64,000 bases of DNA. Source: an uncultured Acidimicrobiia bacterium (GTDB taxonomy: Bacteria; Acidobacteriota; Terriglobia; Versatilivoradales; Versatilivoraceae). This document shows, in pieces, positions 38,569 to 49,076 of the stretch. Under the pieces are notes generated by a model. It had not been told where the DNA came from. It saw nothing but the letters and a program-made list of their open reading frames with translations, and ran no database searches. Position 1 is the stretch's first letter, and each line of letters opens with the position of its first letter. The stretch is from assembly GCA_963786955.1 (NCBI GenBank), contig CAWBAT010000004.1, positions 32,001 to 96,000 on the forward strand, in the 5' to 3' direction. The position numbers were made by a program, and so were the translations under genes.

Positions 38569-41500
38569 ATGTCGGTGCGACTCTTCAATCTCTTCTTGTT
38601 CTCTTCTTTTCTTATTTTTGTCATGGGCCAAGGAGTCCAAGCGAATCCGACGCCAGAGAAGGATTCGACCGACCTTTCGCATGCTTCGAGTACGGCTTCA
38701 GCCGATGCGGTGATGATTCAGATCGCTACATTGGTTAAGCGCGGCCTTTTGAACGAAGCTGAAGCTCAGCTTGAACAGCTTTATGCGGAAAACCTCGATT
38801 CACCTTCTATCCATCTACTGAGAGCAGACGTGTTAACCAAACTTGGCCGGCCAGCCGAGGCCAGAAAAGCTCTCGAAATCGCTTACAAGTTTACTCCCGA
38901 CAATGTGGAGGTCTTAAAAAGAGTAGCGGCTAGTCGCGACGCTTATGCGTATCAAGCGGCGGTAGTTTATGAGGAGCTAGCAAAGAAACTCGAAAATGAG
39001 CATGCCTCCCCATCCGACGTCCATGAAGCATTGGATCGCGGTATGGTGGTCGCTATCAGGGATGGAGAGTCGGCGATGGCATTGCGTCTTTCTGAAAAAC
39101 TGCGTGCACATGGTCGCCCTGTCATCTTGCAATCGCCTCCAAATCAGGATTCCAGTTCCGCTGACATGCTTGAGATTCCGGGAGGGATTAAGGCTTTGGC
39201 ACGGATGACAGGAATGCAAGATCCCAAGAAAGCCGACACTTTTCTTACTCAATACGCGGAACGACTGGTCCGGTTGCATGACAAGGCCGATTATTCCGAG
39301 TCGTTACAGACATTTCGAAGTTTGCATGAATATTTCAAGATCGTCATCGAACTGCAGTCTCTGACGGCCAGCAGCAATAAAGGTCTGGAAGTCTTCCTCG
39401 ATTCCCATGATAAACCCGCTCAGGAGCGTAGCGAAAGGATACTCTTCTTATTGGGATGGCAGATTAAGAGACAGGGCACACGTCGGGTGGTGGAACAAGA
39501 TGATCGGCAGCTCCTAGCGTACCGCAAGAAAGTTGCCGAGGCGCTGGGCGTCAACGGAGATGAGTTGAAAGCCGCTCTGGAATCAGGAAAGCCATTCACT
39601 GTGAACGTGCATTCCGAACAAGTGCCTGTCCAAATTAGTAACAACTATTGGATAAACGGACTCTTGAATGGAACTCGCATACGAGGAGGTTTGGCGGAAG
39701 CTTTTCTGGATACATTACCGGTAGCGTATCTTTATGTCGCTCTCAGCAAACTCAGCAAAGAAACGCAGATTCAAATTACACAAGCGCTTAACCCGAAGAC
39801 ATTGCTCAAAGAGCATTGGAGAACCCTCTATCTTTATGGAGGGGCTTTGAATATTGACAACACTCAAGTAGAAACCCCTGGGGGGGGGCAGGCTGCGGAA
39901 GCATGGGAACATTTGGTCGGTGCTGACCGCCGTAAAATAAGCTCCTTCCTGAATGCGCTCCTTTCGAAGGATGCCGGCAGACTCATGGCCTTCTATTATG
40001 TTATGGCTGGACTTCCCTCGGTGAACCAGCAGTTTTTCACTCGAAGCCCGCGACAGCTGGAAACTTTCTATAGGGCCTTTGCCTCACCGGGAAAGGGTTT
40101 ACATGGTGCCGATACTTTTTTGCGCAGAAACACGGTCTTTTATGACGTGGCACGCGAAATGCCGTTGAATGACGGTGGGGCTGTCCAGTTTCCAGGTGGC
40201 AGCAGCGTCTGGAAAATGCGCCGGTCGGATGCGAAGAAATCTGAAACGGTTCCAATCCCGAGCGAGATGAGAAGCCCTGAGGAGAAAAATGCCGATTCGC
40301 CCGTAAATGTTGCCACACTCAAGAAGACAGAGGAAAGTAAGGCCAGCCCTTTCCCTTCCGCTGATTCATTGAAGAGAGTCGATGTCCAGGAAAGTAGTCC
40401 AATCCCATCGGTTGATACGCTCGAGAAAGAGGATAAGAAGGAAAACAGCTCTTCAGCATCGGTGGATTCGCTGGAGAAAGAGGATGAGAAGGGAAGCACT
40501 CCTTCCCCATCCGTTGATTCGCTGAAAGAAGTCAGCACCCCGGGAAGTAATTCTTCCCCCTCAGTGAATCGGCTGAAGAAATTCGATGAAAATGAAAGGG
40601 ATCCGTTCCCCTCCATCAATAAACTAAAGAAAGTCGAAATACAGGAAAGCATTTCTGTTAAGCCCATTAATTCGTTGAAGAAAACATTCGTAAAAGAAAG
40701 CACGCCCTCCCCCGTTGTCGATTCGATGAAGAAAGTCGATGTACCAGTAAGTAATCTTTTTCCGGCCGTTGATTCGTTAAAAAAAGTCGATGAGAGGGAG
40801 AGCCCTCCTCTGCCTGTCACTCGTATACGGAAGGACGGGGAAGGACAACAGGAATCAGAGACAAAAATACTTACCGAAATGTTTTCTACCCGGGATGAAA
40901 CCGGTATACAGACTCCCACTCGCCTCGAAGCATTCCTGAGCGTTGTTCGCCTGGAAAAGCACTGGGGCCATAAACTGGATGAGTCATCGGTTTCTTTATT
41001 GTTAGAGAACTATATCGATCATAGGGAAATTTTTCCTTATCTGGCCTCTTTGCCACCGCTTGGGACCCATCAACTACAGGAATTCTTTCAGGCGGTCAGG
41101 AATCTGGATTCCTTAAAGAGTTCAGAGCTTGCCCTCATTGTGGGTGACTTCCAATGCTTCCTGAAACTTCTCTCTCTGCTTTATGAAAATGGAGCTGTTC
41201 AAGAAAGCCAGGCTTCCTTGCTCCTGGAGAATCTTTGTCAGCGGTTTGCCACAGCCACAACCAATACCGAATTCGCCCGGTCGAGCTTCCTGGTCCTGGA
41301 AGGTCTAAAGAGGATTCTCCAATCTGCTCCCGCAGCGATAGAGAATGAAAAATCACCCATCCCTCCGTCGGCAGATGGCACTCGCCCGGGCCTGAGTACT
41401 CCGGCTGAAACGACGAATCATACCTTCGATGAGTTACTCTTTGAAGCCTTGGCTGGCGTATCGAATATCACTCGGGTCCAACTCGATGGATCAGAAATTG

Positions 41501-42828
41501 AGATTGATCTGCCAGGGTGGAAGAAGGGGCGGATGCAGGAAGTGATGGCCCTGCAAGCGATCCCTCTAACCGATCCACTTTTGAAAATTTTCCAGTGCCT
41601 GGAGGCCTTGGCCAATGAAAACCAGGATCCCACAACCCTTTTGCAATCCGTGGATAACCTGGTAAGTAATTTGCGCGACGTGGATCCGACCATTTGGGAA
41701 TCAGTCCCCAAGAATTTTCAACAAAATATGATCCAGACGCATCGGGAGAAAGTCCTCCTCTCCCTCAGCGCCCTCAAAGTCTCGATCGGAAGAGGAGTAT
41801 CCCCCAACGAATGGGCAAATCTGGCAGGCAAAGTAATGCAAGAGTTACATCCCGATCTCCATATTTCTCTCTTAGGCTGGATCTACGCCTATCACTTCTC
41901 TCCCAACGATCTACTGATCAAAGAAGACCCTCTTTTTATTCGCCGGCATCGATTTCTGGCAAGTGCTTCGACTGGAAAATCAATCTGGCATGATACCGAT
42001 ATCGATTCCCTTGACCCTGATGCTGGAAGTTACCTTCGCGGAGGAGTGGCTCAAATCGCTGCTCCGGCGGGGGAGATCGGGCTCGTGTCGGATCAGACCG
42101 GGGAGGGCGTGGGCAGAGACCAAAGAGGCGCTAAACTGGCGGCCGCCCAGCTCGCGGCATTACGTGCAATTCCCTGGAGGAAATGGAATGGCCGGCAGTT
42201 ACATGATTTCTGTTCAAAAGTCCGCCTGGGAAAAGAACTCTTGGCCGAGGCCTCTTTAGATCCTGAGATTCTTACTAGGATATCCGATGACTTGCGGGTT
42301 CTGGTTGGCCCAATACGTTGTCGAATTCTCCTCCAAGGGTTGCCCGGATCGACATCTTTTGACTTAGCAGGTCTATTGAGTTCCGAGGAACTCTTTGAGT
42401 TGGCGGACGGTTACTGGAGGAAGAAGGGCCCGGCCGGATGGAGGAAAAGCCCTCTTGCCGACCAGTTAGCGCGGGAGAGAATCCTTCAGACCTCAGAATC
42501 CATTACCTGGATAGGGGGATATTACCCGCAGTCTTACGGATGTGGCCACGCGCACTTGTTCCCCCTCGGCCCTTACGAAGAATATGAGAACGTGAAAAAT
42601 CCCGAGCTCATATCTGAGCGACTCAGCCATGTCCTTTTAGACCTCGCTGAGAAAATTGATCGCCTGGGCTTGCCTTTGGAATTATTGCCGCTGCTGGCTG
42701 AGCCTGCCGTGAGACAGTTGGCCATAACGAAGGGGATGAGTGATTGGAGTGATTGGCAATCGGCTCTCGAAGGGCTTCGGGAATTGCGACTTGAACCGCT
42801 GATCTCTCACCTGCAAGAAAATCCATGA
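38569..42828 (+). CDS. Large exported hypothetical protein with N-terminal TPR-like helices and an internal 17-aa repeat array
   Basis: Signal peptide MSVRLFNLFL..VQA after AGAGGA (the frame opens at 38488); TPR-like LLRADVLTKLGRPAEARKALE; stop overlaps the VWA start. Confidence 0.8.
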   Translation: MSVRLFNLFLFSSFLIFVMGQGVQANPTPEKDSTDLSHASSTASADAVMIQIATLVKRGLLNEAEAQLEQLYAENLDSPSIHLLRADVLTKLGRPAEARKALEIAYKFTPDNVEVLKRVAASRDAYAYQAAVVYEELAKKLENEHASPSDVHEALDRGMVVAIRDGESAMALRLSEKLRAHGRPVILQSPPNQDSSSADMLEIPGGIKALARMTGMQDPKKADTFLTQYAERLVRLHDKADYSESLQTFRSLHEYFKIVIELQSLTASSNKGLEVFLDSHDKPAQERSERILFLLGWQIKRQGTRRVVEQDDRQLLAYRKKVAEALGVNGDELKAALESGKPFTVNVHSEQVPVQISNNYWINGLLNGTRIRGGLAEAFLDTLPVAYLYVALSKLSKETQIQITQALNPKTLLKEHWRTLYLYGGALNIDNTQVETPGGGQAAEAWEHLVGADRRKISSFLNALLSKDAGRLMAFYYVMAGLPSVNQQFFTRSPRQLETFYRAFASPGKGLHGADTFLRRNTVFYDVAREMPLNDGGAVQFPGGSSVWKMRRSDAKKSETVPIPSEMRSPEEKNADSPVNVATLKKTEESKASPFPSADSLKRVDVQESSPIPSVDTLEKEDKKENSSSASVDSLEKEDEKGSTPSPSVDSLKEVSTPGSNSSPSVNRLKKFDENERDPFPSINKLKKVEIQESISVKPINSLKKTFVKESTPSPVVDSMKKVDVPVSNLFPAVDSLKKVDERESPPLPVTRIRKDGEGQQESETKILTEMFSTRDETGIQTPTRLEAFLSVVRLEKHWGHKLDESSVSLLLENYIDHREIFPYLASLPPLGTHQLQEFFQAVRNLDSLKSSELALIVGDFQCFLKLLSLLYENGAVQESQASLLLENLCQRFATATTNTEFARSSFLVLEGLKRILQSAPAAIENEKSPIPPSADGTRPGLSTPAETTNHTFDELLFEALAGVSNITRVQLDGSEIEIDLPGWKKGRMQEVMALQAIPLTDPLLKIFQCLEALANENQDPTTLLQSVDNLVSNLRDVDPTIWESVPKNFQQNMIQTHREKVLLSLSALKVSIGRGVSPNEWANLAGKVMQELHPDLHISLLGWIYAYHFSPNDLLIKEDPLFIRRHRFLASASTGKSIWHDTDIDSLDPDAGSYLRGGVAQIAAPAGEIGLVSDQTGEGVGRDQRGAKLAAAQLAALRAIPWRKWNGRQLHDFCSKVRLGKELLAEASLDPEILTRISDDLRVLVGPIRCRILLQGLPGSTSFDLAGLLSSEELFELADGYWRKKGPAGWRKSPLADQLARERILQTSESITWIGGYYPQSYGCGHAHLFPLGPYEEYENVKNPELISERLSHVLLDLAEKIDRLGLPLELLPLLAEPAVRQLAITKGMSDWSDWQSALEGLRELRLEPLISHLQENP
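40303..40830 (+). repeat. About 10 degenerate 51-bp (17-aa) tandem coding repeats
   Basis: PSADSLKRVDVQESSPI / PSVDTLEKEDKKENSSS / ASVDSLEKEDEKGSTPS..; unit starts at 40354 and 40405 are 51 bp apart. Confidence 0.85.
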
Positions 42829-43700
42829 GATTGTTATTAACCGGAATTACGATATTGGTTGTTCTGATCACGGCTGTTCCCGCCCGATCTCAGGTGCAAG
42901 AGGCTCCCCTTTCCGTTAGCGTAAAACTAGTTGAGGTGTACGCCTCGGTCCTTGGCCCGAAAGGGAAGCCCGTGTCAGGACTCAAAGAGGATAACTTTCA
43001 GGTTCTTGAAGATGGTCAGAAACAGTCGATTCAATTCTTTGAATCGGAGGCGTCTGCCTTGACCGTCGCTCTATTGGTTGACAGTACCGGCAGCATTGCA
43101 CACGACCTGACGAAAATGAAGAAAGCCGGGGCAACATTCTTATCCGGAATCCGGCCGGAAGACACCTTTGGACTTTTTACTTTTACAAATCGCGTCAAAA
43201 CTCTTTATCCCTTTGGACACAATACCAATGAGGCCCTGAACGCATTCATGAAAATCGAGGCAGGCGGAAGAACCGCCTTTTATGATTCTCTGGCTCAGCT
43301 GGTCTTACAGATGAAGCCAATCCGGGGTAGGAAGGCCATCATGCTGTTGACCGATGGTGACGACAATGCCAGCTTGCTCCCGAAAAACGCCGCCATGGCG
43401 TCTGCCAAGAAAGCAAGCATTCCGATTTATCCGATCGCGATTGGTCGGGCTTGCGAAAGTAAAGTCCTTGCGAAGAGGTTGGAGGAACTCGCGTTGGCCA
43501 CTGGCGGCTTATCTTTGCAAGCACGAAAAACGGATGACTTGGTAAAGGTCTTTGACAGAATTGCTGTCGACCTCCGCAGTCTCTATTTAATGGGTTACTA
43601 CATGACAGGAGAGGTGAATACGCGTTACCGTTCCATTAGCGTCATACTCCCCCAACAACCCCACCTGAAAGTCCGAGCCAAAAAGGGCTATTGGCCTTAA
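42825..43700 (+). CDS. Acidobacterial-type VWA domain protein, exported
   Basis: Signal peptide; VSVKLVEVYASV, F..LEDG..Q, MIDAS DSTGS, TAFYD, LTDGDD, ATGG. Confidence 0.9.
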   Translation: MRLLLTGITILVVLITAVPARSQVQEAPLSVSVKLVEVYASVLGPKGKPVSGLKEDNFQVLEDGQKQSIQFFESEASALTVALLVDSTGSIAHDLTKMKKAGATFLSGIRPEDTFGLFTFTNRVKTLYPFGHNTNEALNAFMKIEAGGRTAFYDSLAQLVLQMKPIRGRKAIMLLTDGDDNASLLPKNAAMASAKKASIPIYPIAIGRACESKVLAKRLEELALATGGLSLQARKTDDLVKVFDRIAVDLRSLYLMGYYMTGEVNTRYRSISVILPQQPHLKVRAKKGYWP

Positions 43701-43810
43701 AAAGCTCATTCGAACGCCCGTGGCCCTAATAATCTGGATTGACTAGTATTCCTCTATTCTTTAGGATTAAAAGTTCTGCCGGATCGTCGCGTTTAACTGT
43801 GTCTCTGCTC

Positions 43811-45280
43811 ATGAAACTTCATCCATTTTTTTGCCTGATTGTCATCCTCGGCTGGCTGGTTGTCGCTCCGTTTGCTTTCGCCCAGAATCCATCGGTGGTA
43901 ATCCAGCCGGACATCCGGGTCTTTGCAGTGATGTCCGGTCTCCATGTAGCCGGGTGGAATCCTGGCAATCTTAAGCCTAACCCGGCACGGACATCGATTC
44001 TGCAGGACTTGCAAAATGTTCCTCCCGATCTCAAAGCACGCCTCACCAAGTTTTATGACGACCATCTCGACGGCAAGAAAGCGGAATCTCAACTCTCCAA
44101 GTACATTTCTTTGGCTCTGTTTTCAGAAGGACCTCCAGATTTCAAACTGTCCTTGGACGCCAGCAAACTGCCTCCCGATGTCATGCCGATCGCAGAGTTC
44201 ATGGCGTTAACGAAAGAACTCTATGGTGCAGCCAAGTTGGAAGCTGTTTGGAGTTCTAACCGGGAATTTTATGATCTGGCCGTCGCGACCTATCGACCTT
44301 TAATTAGCGAGATCATTTTGAAAACAGATGGTTACCTGCGCATCGTTTCAGGATCCTTTCTGGATCGAAGACTCTTGATCATTCCGGAGTATTTGATTCC
44401 TCAAAATAACTTTGACGCTCGCACCTATCGGGAGATTTACTACCTCGTATTCGGTCCTTCCGAAAGACCTGCAATGGACGAATTGCGTCATCAGTATCTC
44501 CATTTTATATTGGACCCTTTTCCCATGCGTTTCCCTCTCCCGAAAGAAACCCGCAGTGCCTTGTTAGTGCTGGCGGGAAAGGTTCCCGATATTGAGGATC
44601 AATACCGAGATGACCAACAATTTCTGGTTACGGAGAGCCTGATTCGTGCCATTGAGCTACGGATCAATAAAGTCCCCGAGCCTAAACTCACCGCGGAACT
44701 CGATGCCTCAATTCGTTCCGGTGCCTTGCTGACTCGTCACTTTTATACTTCCCTTCAGTTATTTGAGACGAGTCCCGAAGGGATTCGCATTTTCTATCCC
44801 GGGATGATTAAAGGCATCCGGATGGAAAAAATTGAGGCAGAGTTCGCCCAAGCACCGAAGACTCCTGTTGAAAAGAAACCGGAGCCCAGTGCGCTCGAAC
44901 TCCAATTGAAATCCGCCAATGAGCAGTTGGCAAATGGTGTAATCGAGAACGCGGCGGAACAGTTTCAAAAGATCCTCGATACAGCGGATGCAAATAATGG
45001 GGAAGCGCTCTATGGACTGGGAGTGGTTGCTGCAATGCAGAGCAAGCGGGACCAGGCCAAGGATTACTTTTTTAAGGCCCTACAATCTCCATCGAGTGAC
45101 AGTGCGACTAAGGTATGGTCTCATATATTCCTGGGCCGGATGGAAGATCTGGAACTCAACCGGAGCGGGGCGATCGAACATTACCAGGCTGCGATTCAGT
45201 TGGGAGACAACAGCAGAAACGCTCAAGTTGTCGCCCAGAAAGGCCTGAAGGAACCTTTCAGCCCGAAGAGTGACCACTGA
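43811..45280 (+). CDS. Exported protein with C-terminal TPR repeats
   Basis: Signal peptide ending AFA; EALYGLGVVA, WSHIFLGRMEDL..AIEHYQAA. Confidence 0.82.
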   Translation: MKLHPFFCLIVILGWLVVAPFAFAQNPSVVIQPDIRVFAVMSGLHVAGWNPGNLKPNPARTSILQDLQNVPPDLKARLTKFYDDHLDGKKAESQLSKYISLALFSEGPPDFKLSLDASKLPPDVMPIAEFMALTKELYGAAKLEAVWSSNREFYDLAVATYRPLISEIILKTDGYLRIVSGSFLDRRLLIIPEYLIPQNNFDARTYREIYYLVFGPSERPAMDELRHQYLHFILDPFPMRFPLPKETRSALLVLAGKVPDIEDQYRDDQQFLVTESLIRAIELRINKVPEPKLTAELDASIRSGALLTRHFYTSLQLFETSPEGIRIFYPGMIKGIRMEKIEAEFAQAPKTPVEKKPEPSALELQLKSANEQLANGVIENAAEQFQKILDTADANNGEALYGLGVVAAMQSKRDQAKDYFFKALQSPSSDSATKVWSHIFLGRMEDLELNRSGAIEHYQAAIQLGDNSRNAQVVAQKGLKEPFSPKSDH

Positions 45281-45309
45281 ATCTTTGATCCCTGACGCGA
45301 TCTTATTTG

Positions 45310-46044
45310 ATGAAAAGAGACGACGAATTCAATAGCGAGATCAGAACGCTCGAGCAACTCCTCGGCCATACTTTTAAGCATCGCAATCTCCTGGAACTGG
45401 CGCTTACCCACAGTTCAGCGGCACACGAACGCAAAGACTCACCGTCGAAGGATAACGAGCAATTCGAGTTCTTGGGTGATTCGGTGCTTGGACTCATTAT
45501 CAGCGATTATCTTTTCCGTCACTTTCACCATTTGAATGAAGGGGAACTATCCAAGCTTCGCGCCCACCTGGTCAGCTCTGCCAACCTTTTCAAGCTGACG
45601 CGCCAATTGAACTTAGGCGACTTTCTGATCTTGGGAAAAGGCGAAGAAAAAACCGGCGGGAGAAAGAAGCAGGCCGTTTTGGCCGATGCATTTGAGGCTG
45701 TGGTGGCGGCTGTTTTCTTAGATGGAGGCTTGCTCGCGGCTCGTCGCTTTGTTTACCGGGTCTTCAAAGCGGATTTCCAGGCTGCCGAAAGCGGACAACT
45801 CCATTCTCCGGATTTCAAATCACAACTGCAGGAAAAGTTACAGGCTCTGCGAATCGCCAACGCGGAATATTCTGTCATTAAAGAGATGGGACCGGACCAT
45901 CGAAAATCTTTCTGGGTCGAATTGCGGGTCAATGGCAAAAGATTGAGCGAAGGGCTCGGAGACACCAAGAAACTGGCTGAACAAGAAGCTGCGCGACTGG
46001 CATTGGGGAGATTAAAACAACCTTTCGCCGACAGTGGATTGTAA
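45310..46044 (+). CDS. rnc: Ribonuclease III
   Basis: ALTHSS, NEQFEFLGDSVL, LADAFEA, dsRBD (DFKSQLQE, GPDH, KKLAEQEAA). Confidence 0.97.
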   Translation: MKRDDEFNSEIRTLEQLLGHTFKHRNLLELALTHSSAAHERKDSPSKDNEQFEFLGDSVLGLIISDYLFRHFHHLNEGELSKLRAHLVSSANLFKLTRQLNLGDFLILGKGEEKTGGRKKQAVLADAFEAVVAAVFLDGGLLAARRFVYRVFKADFQAAESGQLHSPDFKSQLQEKLQALRIANAEYSVIKEMGPDHRKSFWVELRVNGKRLSEGLGDTKKLAEQEAARLALGRLKQPFADSGL

Positions 46045-46146
46045 CCCAAACGAAGCTTCTGCCATCCCGGCCATGTGGCACCCATCATTTGGGCTGCTCC
46101 CTCAAGATCCAGGAGGGTAGCGGTCTTAAAGGATCGTAACCATCTC

Positions 46147-46905
46147 ATGCAATCCACGCTCCGTGAATATTTTGAAAGTTTAGTCGTGACCATTATCTTG
46201 GCCCTTTTTGGAACGACTTTCGTTGTCCAGGCTTACAAGATCCCCACCCCATCGATGGCAGACAACTTGCTCGTTGGCGACCATTTGCTCGTCAATAAAT
46301 TTGTGTACGCTAAGCCTGACCCCGGGATTGGCAAGATGCTTCCCTATCGAGAGATCAAACGCGGCGATGTCATTGTGTTTAAATACCCCGAAGACCTCTC
46401 GAAAAATTACGTGAAGCGGGCCATCGGTGTGCCTGGAGATCGTATCCGGGTAGAAAATCAAACGGTATTTCTCAACGACGTTCCTCTTGACGAAAAGTAT
46501 GTGTTTCACAAGTCTCCTGGATCTTTAAGCCAGCCAGTAAGAGATAATTTCCCGATTCAAAAAGAACAGATGACTCGTTTTGCTGATTACCAGCAGAACA
46601 AAGATATTTTTGATAGCTATTTGTTCTACCGGCCTTTTATTGAAGGGAAAGATGTGGTTGTTCCTCCAGGATCTTACTTTGCGATGGGGGACAATCGGGA
46701 CAATAGCGCGGATAGCCGGTACTGGGGGTTCGTCCCGCGGAAGAATATTGTCGGCCGCGCTCTCCTCATTTACTGGTCCTATGAAACCGATGAATACGAG
46801 CATTTACGAGAATCCTTCCTGGACCGCGTGGGCCAATATGCCGACGTCGTGATTAATTTTTTTAAGAAAACGCGCTGGAATAGGACCTTTAAGGTAGTCC
46901 GATGA
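46147..46905 (+). CDS. lepB: Signal peptidase I
   Basis: IPTPSM (Ser), YVKR (Lys), GDNRDNSADSRYWG; start uncertain. Confidence 0.95.
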   Translation: MQSTLREYFESLVVTIILALFGTTFVVQAYKIPTPSMADNLLVGDHLLVNKFVYAKPDPGIGKMLPYREIKRGDVIVFKYPEDLSKNYVKRAIGVPGDRIRVENQTVFLNDVPLDEKYVFHKSPGSLSQPVRDNFPIQKEQMTRFADYQQNKDIFDSYLFYRPFIEGKDVVVPPGSYFAMGDNRDNSADSRYWGFVPRKNIVGRALLIYWSYETDEYEHLRESFLDRVGQYADVVINFFKKTRWNRTFKVVR

Positions 46906-47519
46906 AAAAAACATTATTCATTCTGTCCTTTTGTTTGCTCCTCGGTCTGGGGATATGGGTTGCCTTGTTTCTGCACTCGGGAGCCTCCGGAACCTCAGCG
47001 ATTCCGAGTCAGGCGGCCGCCAATTCGTTTTCCAAGAAGCTCTCCTTATTGACTAGCGAGAAGACAAAGCCTGTCTCACGCACTCTCGAATTTAGCCAGA
47101 CTGAACTGGATGGCTATCTTTTTCACCAGGTCACTCCTCTCTTTCCCAAGGGACTCCAAGACGTGAGAATCCAGCTCTTAGACGGATCTCTCGTGGCAAA
47201 CTCAAAAATCAATTTTGATGAATATGAGAAATCAACCGCGGGAGCGAAAAACTCTCTATTGAGTGCCTTATTGAGCGGAGAGCACACTCTCGATGTTTTC
47301 GCAGAATTTAAGTCCGAAAACCGGAATGGATCCTATGAAATTTCCAAGGTCTTGCTGGACCAGAAAGAGATCCCCAAACCTCTCGTTGACATTCTCATCC
47401 AGAAGTATGTTGTCCCCAAATACCCCGCGGCCAAGCCGAACAGTCCTTTCCCGCTCCCCTACCGAATTGAAAAAATGGACATTTTGCGCGGGAAACTCGT
47501 TGTCCACCAAACGCCCTAA
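46902..47519 (+). CDS. Membrane-anchored hypothetical protein
   Basis: N-terminal TM segment; ATGA overlap with the lepB stop. Confidence 0.78.
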   Translation: MKKTLFILSFCLLLGLGIWVALFLHSGASGTSAIPSQAAANSFSKKLSLLTSEKTKPVSRTLEFSQTELDGYLFHQVTPLFPKGLQDVRIQLLDGSLVANSKINFDEYEKSTAGAKNSLLSALLSGEHTLDVFAEFKSENRNGSYEISKVLLDQKEIPKPLVDILIQKYVVPKYPAAKPNSPFPLPYRIEKMDILRGKLVVHQTP

Positions 47520-47623
47520 CACTTGCACTCAAGTTAGGTCGCAGAAGAATAGACTATTTGAGATCTTGTCTTAAAGCATGAATCACTTTTATACCAAGTC
47601 GCATTCAAACGGTGACAGTCTGA

Positions 47624-47775
47624 ATTCCCCTCCGCTGAAGGGAAGGTGTGAAGGGGGGGTCGTCAGTGACGAAAAGCGGGCAAAATGCCCCTGCTCCCAG
47701 TGTTAATCATACCCACCCCTGAGAGCTAATGACGAGTGAAGGCTTCTCAATCCTTCACTCCCCTCCCGAGGGGAC
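47624..47775. repeat. CCCCTCC..AGGG hairpin repeat region
   Basis: ATTCCCCTCCGCTGAAGGGAAGGTGTGAA matches the reverse complement of the copy near 27531; CCCCTCCCGAGGGG near 47760. Confidence 0.6.
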
Positions 47776-47840
47776 TTGTTTCGATCTTCAAGGAAATCTT
47801 CCTGTGCCGAAAAAATTCCCAGGGAAAAGCCGGAAACATC

Positions 47841-49067
47841 ATGAGCGATAAGACCATTGTCGTCTTGGCAACGTTGGACACCAAAGGGACTGAAGCCCGT
47901 TATGTCTGCGAACAAATTGAGCAGACGGGAAACAAAGCCTTGCTTATAGACACCAGCGTGGTCGGAATTCCAGCGACCCGGCCCGACATCACTCGCGAAG
48001 AAGTGGCTGCGGCTGGTGGATTGGAACTACACAAGATTCTAGAAAATCCGACCCGGGAATTAGCCTCGCCCATTATGGCTCAGGGAGCAACTCGGATTGT
48101 CGTGGATCTGGTCACCAAGGGGCAGGTGCATGGAGTGATATCGCTCGGTGGCACTCAAGGCACCACTCTGAGCACGAAGGTCATGCGGGCATTACCGTAT
48201 GGTTTCCCTAAGGTGATGGTCTCGACGATCGCCTCTGGAAACGTTGCTCCCTGGGTCGATATCAAAGACATTACCATGATGTTCTCCGTCACAGACATTC
48301 TCGGCCTCAATGTGGTCACCCGGAAGATTCTGGCCAATGCCGCCGCAGCAGTCAGTGGAATGGCAAACACCGATGTCGAAATTAAGCATGGCGCCAAACC
48401 CTTAGTCGCCGTCACTACGGTGGGGATTACAACACGGGGCGCGATGAAAGCAGTCGAAACGTTGGAACACGCGGGATACGACACAATCGTGTTTCATGCG
48501 ATCGGCCCTGGCGGGCGAGCCATGGAACAGATGATGCGGGAAGGACTGATCAGTGCGGTGCTGGACTACTCGACGATCGAGGTCTCGAACGAAATGTTTC
48601 ATGCCCTGCTCGCGGGTGGGCCGGACCGCCTGACGACCGCCGGCAAGCTGGGGCTGCCGCAAGTCATCTGCCCCGGCGCAATTGAGGTCCTGGTCTTTAA
48701 TGAACCCGAGACGGTTCCCTCCAAATACAAGAGTCGCACACTCATTCGCCACAGCCCACAGATTACCGATGTTCGGTTAGAAAAAGAAGAGATGGTGGAA
48801 GTAGGCAAAGAGATCGTCCGACGTCTCCAACATACCAAAGGTAAGGCCGTTTTCTTGATCCCCTCATTAGGTTTTGATAGTTACTCGGTGAAAGGTCAGA
48901 GCTTCTATGATCCCGAAGCAGACGCCGCATTCGTGGCCGAACTAAAGAAAGGCTTGTCCCCTAATATTAAGATCGTCGAGCTTAATGCCGCAATCGATGA
49001 CCCCGTCTTCGCAACCGAAGCAGCCCGCATGCTGATTGCGTTGATGGAATCACGAACTCACTCATAG
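47841..49067 (+). CDS. UPF0261 / Tm-1-like ATP-binding domain protein
   Basis: ATLDTKGTE, LGGTQGT, PKVMVST, FHAIGPGG motifs. Confidence 0.9.
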   Translation: MSDKTIVVLATLDTKGTEARYVCEQIEQTGNKALLIDTSVVGIPATRPDITREEVAAAGGLELHKILENPTRELASPIMAQGATRIVVDLVTKGQVHGVISLGGTQGTTLSTKVMRALPYGFPKVMVSTIASGNVAPWVDIKDITMMFSVTDILGLNVVTRKILANAAAAVSGMANTDVEIKHGAKPLVAVTTVGITTRGAMKAVETLEHAGYDTIVFHAIGPGGRAMEQMMREGLISAVLDYSTIEVSNEMFHALLAGGPDRLTTAGKLGLPQVICPGAIEVLVFNEPETVPSKYKSRTLIRHSPQITDVRLEKEEMVEVGKEIVRRLQHTKGKAVFLIPSLGFDSYSVKGQSFYDPEADAAFVAELKKGLSPNIKIVELNAAIDDPVFATEAARMLIALMESRTHS

Positions 49068-49076
49068 GAGAGAAGC

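Noticed and set aside
40303-40830. 51-bp periodic region as a CRISPR-like array
   Set aside because: It is in frame within a long ORF, degenerate at DNA level and has no spacer structure
40140-40919. 259-aa Ser/Phe-rich minus-strand ORF
   Set aside because: Mirror of the Lys/Glu-rich repeat on the coding strand
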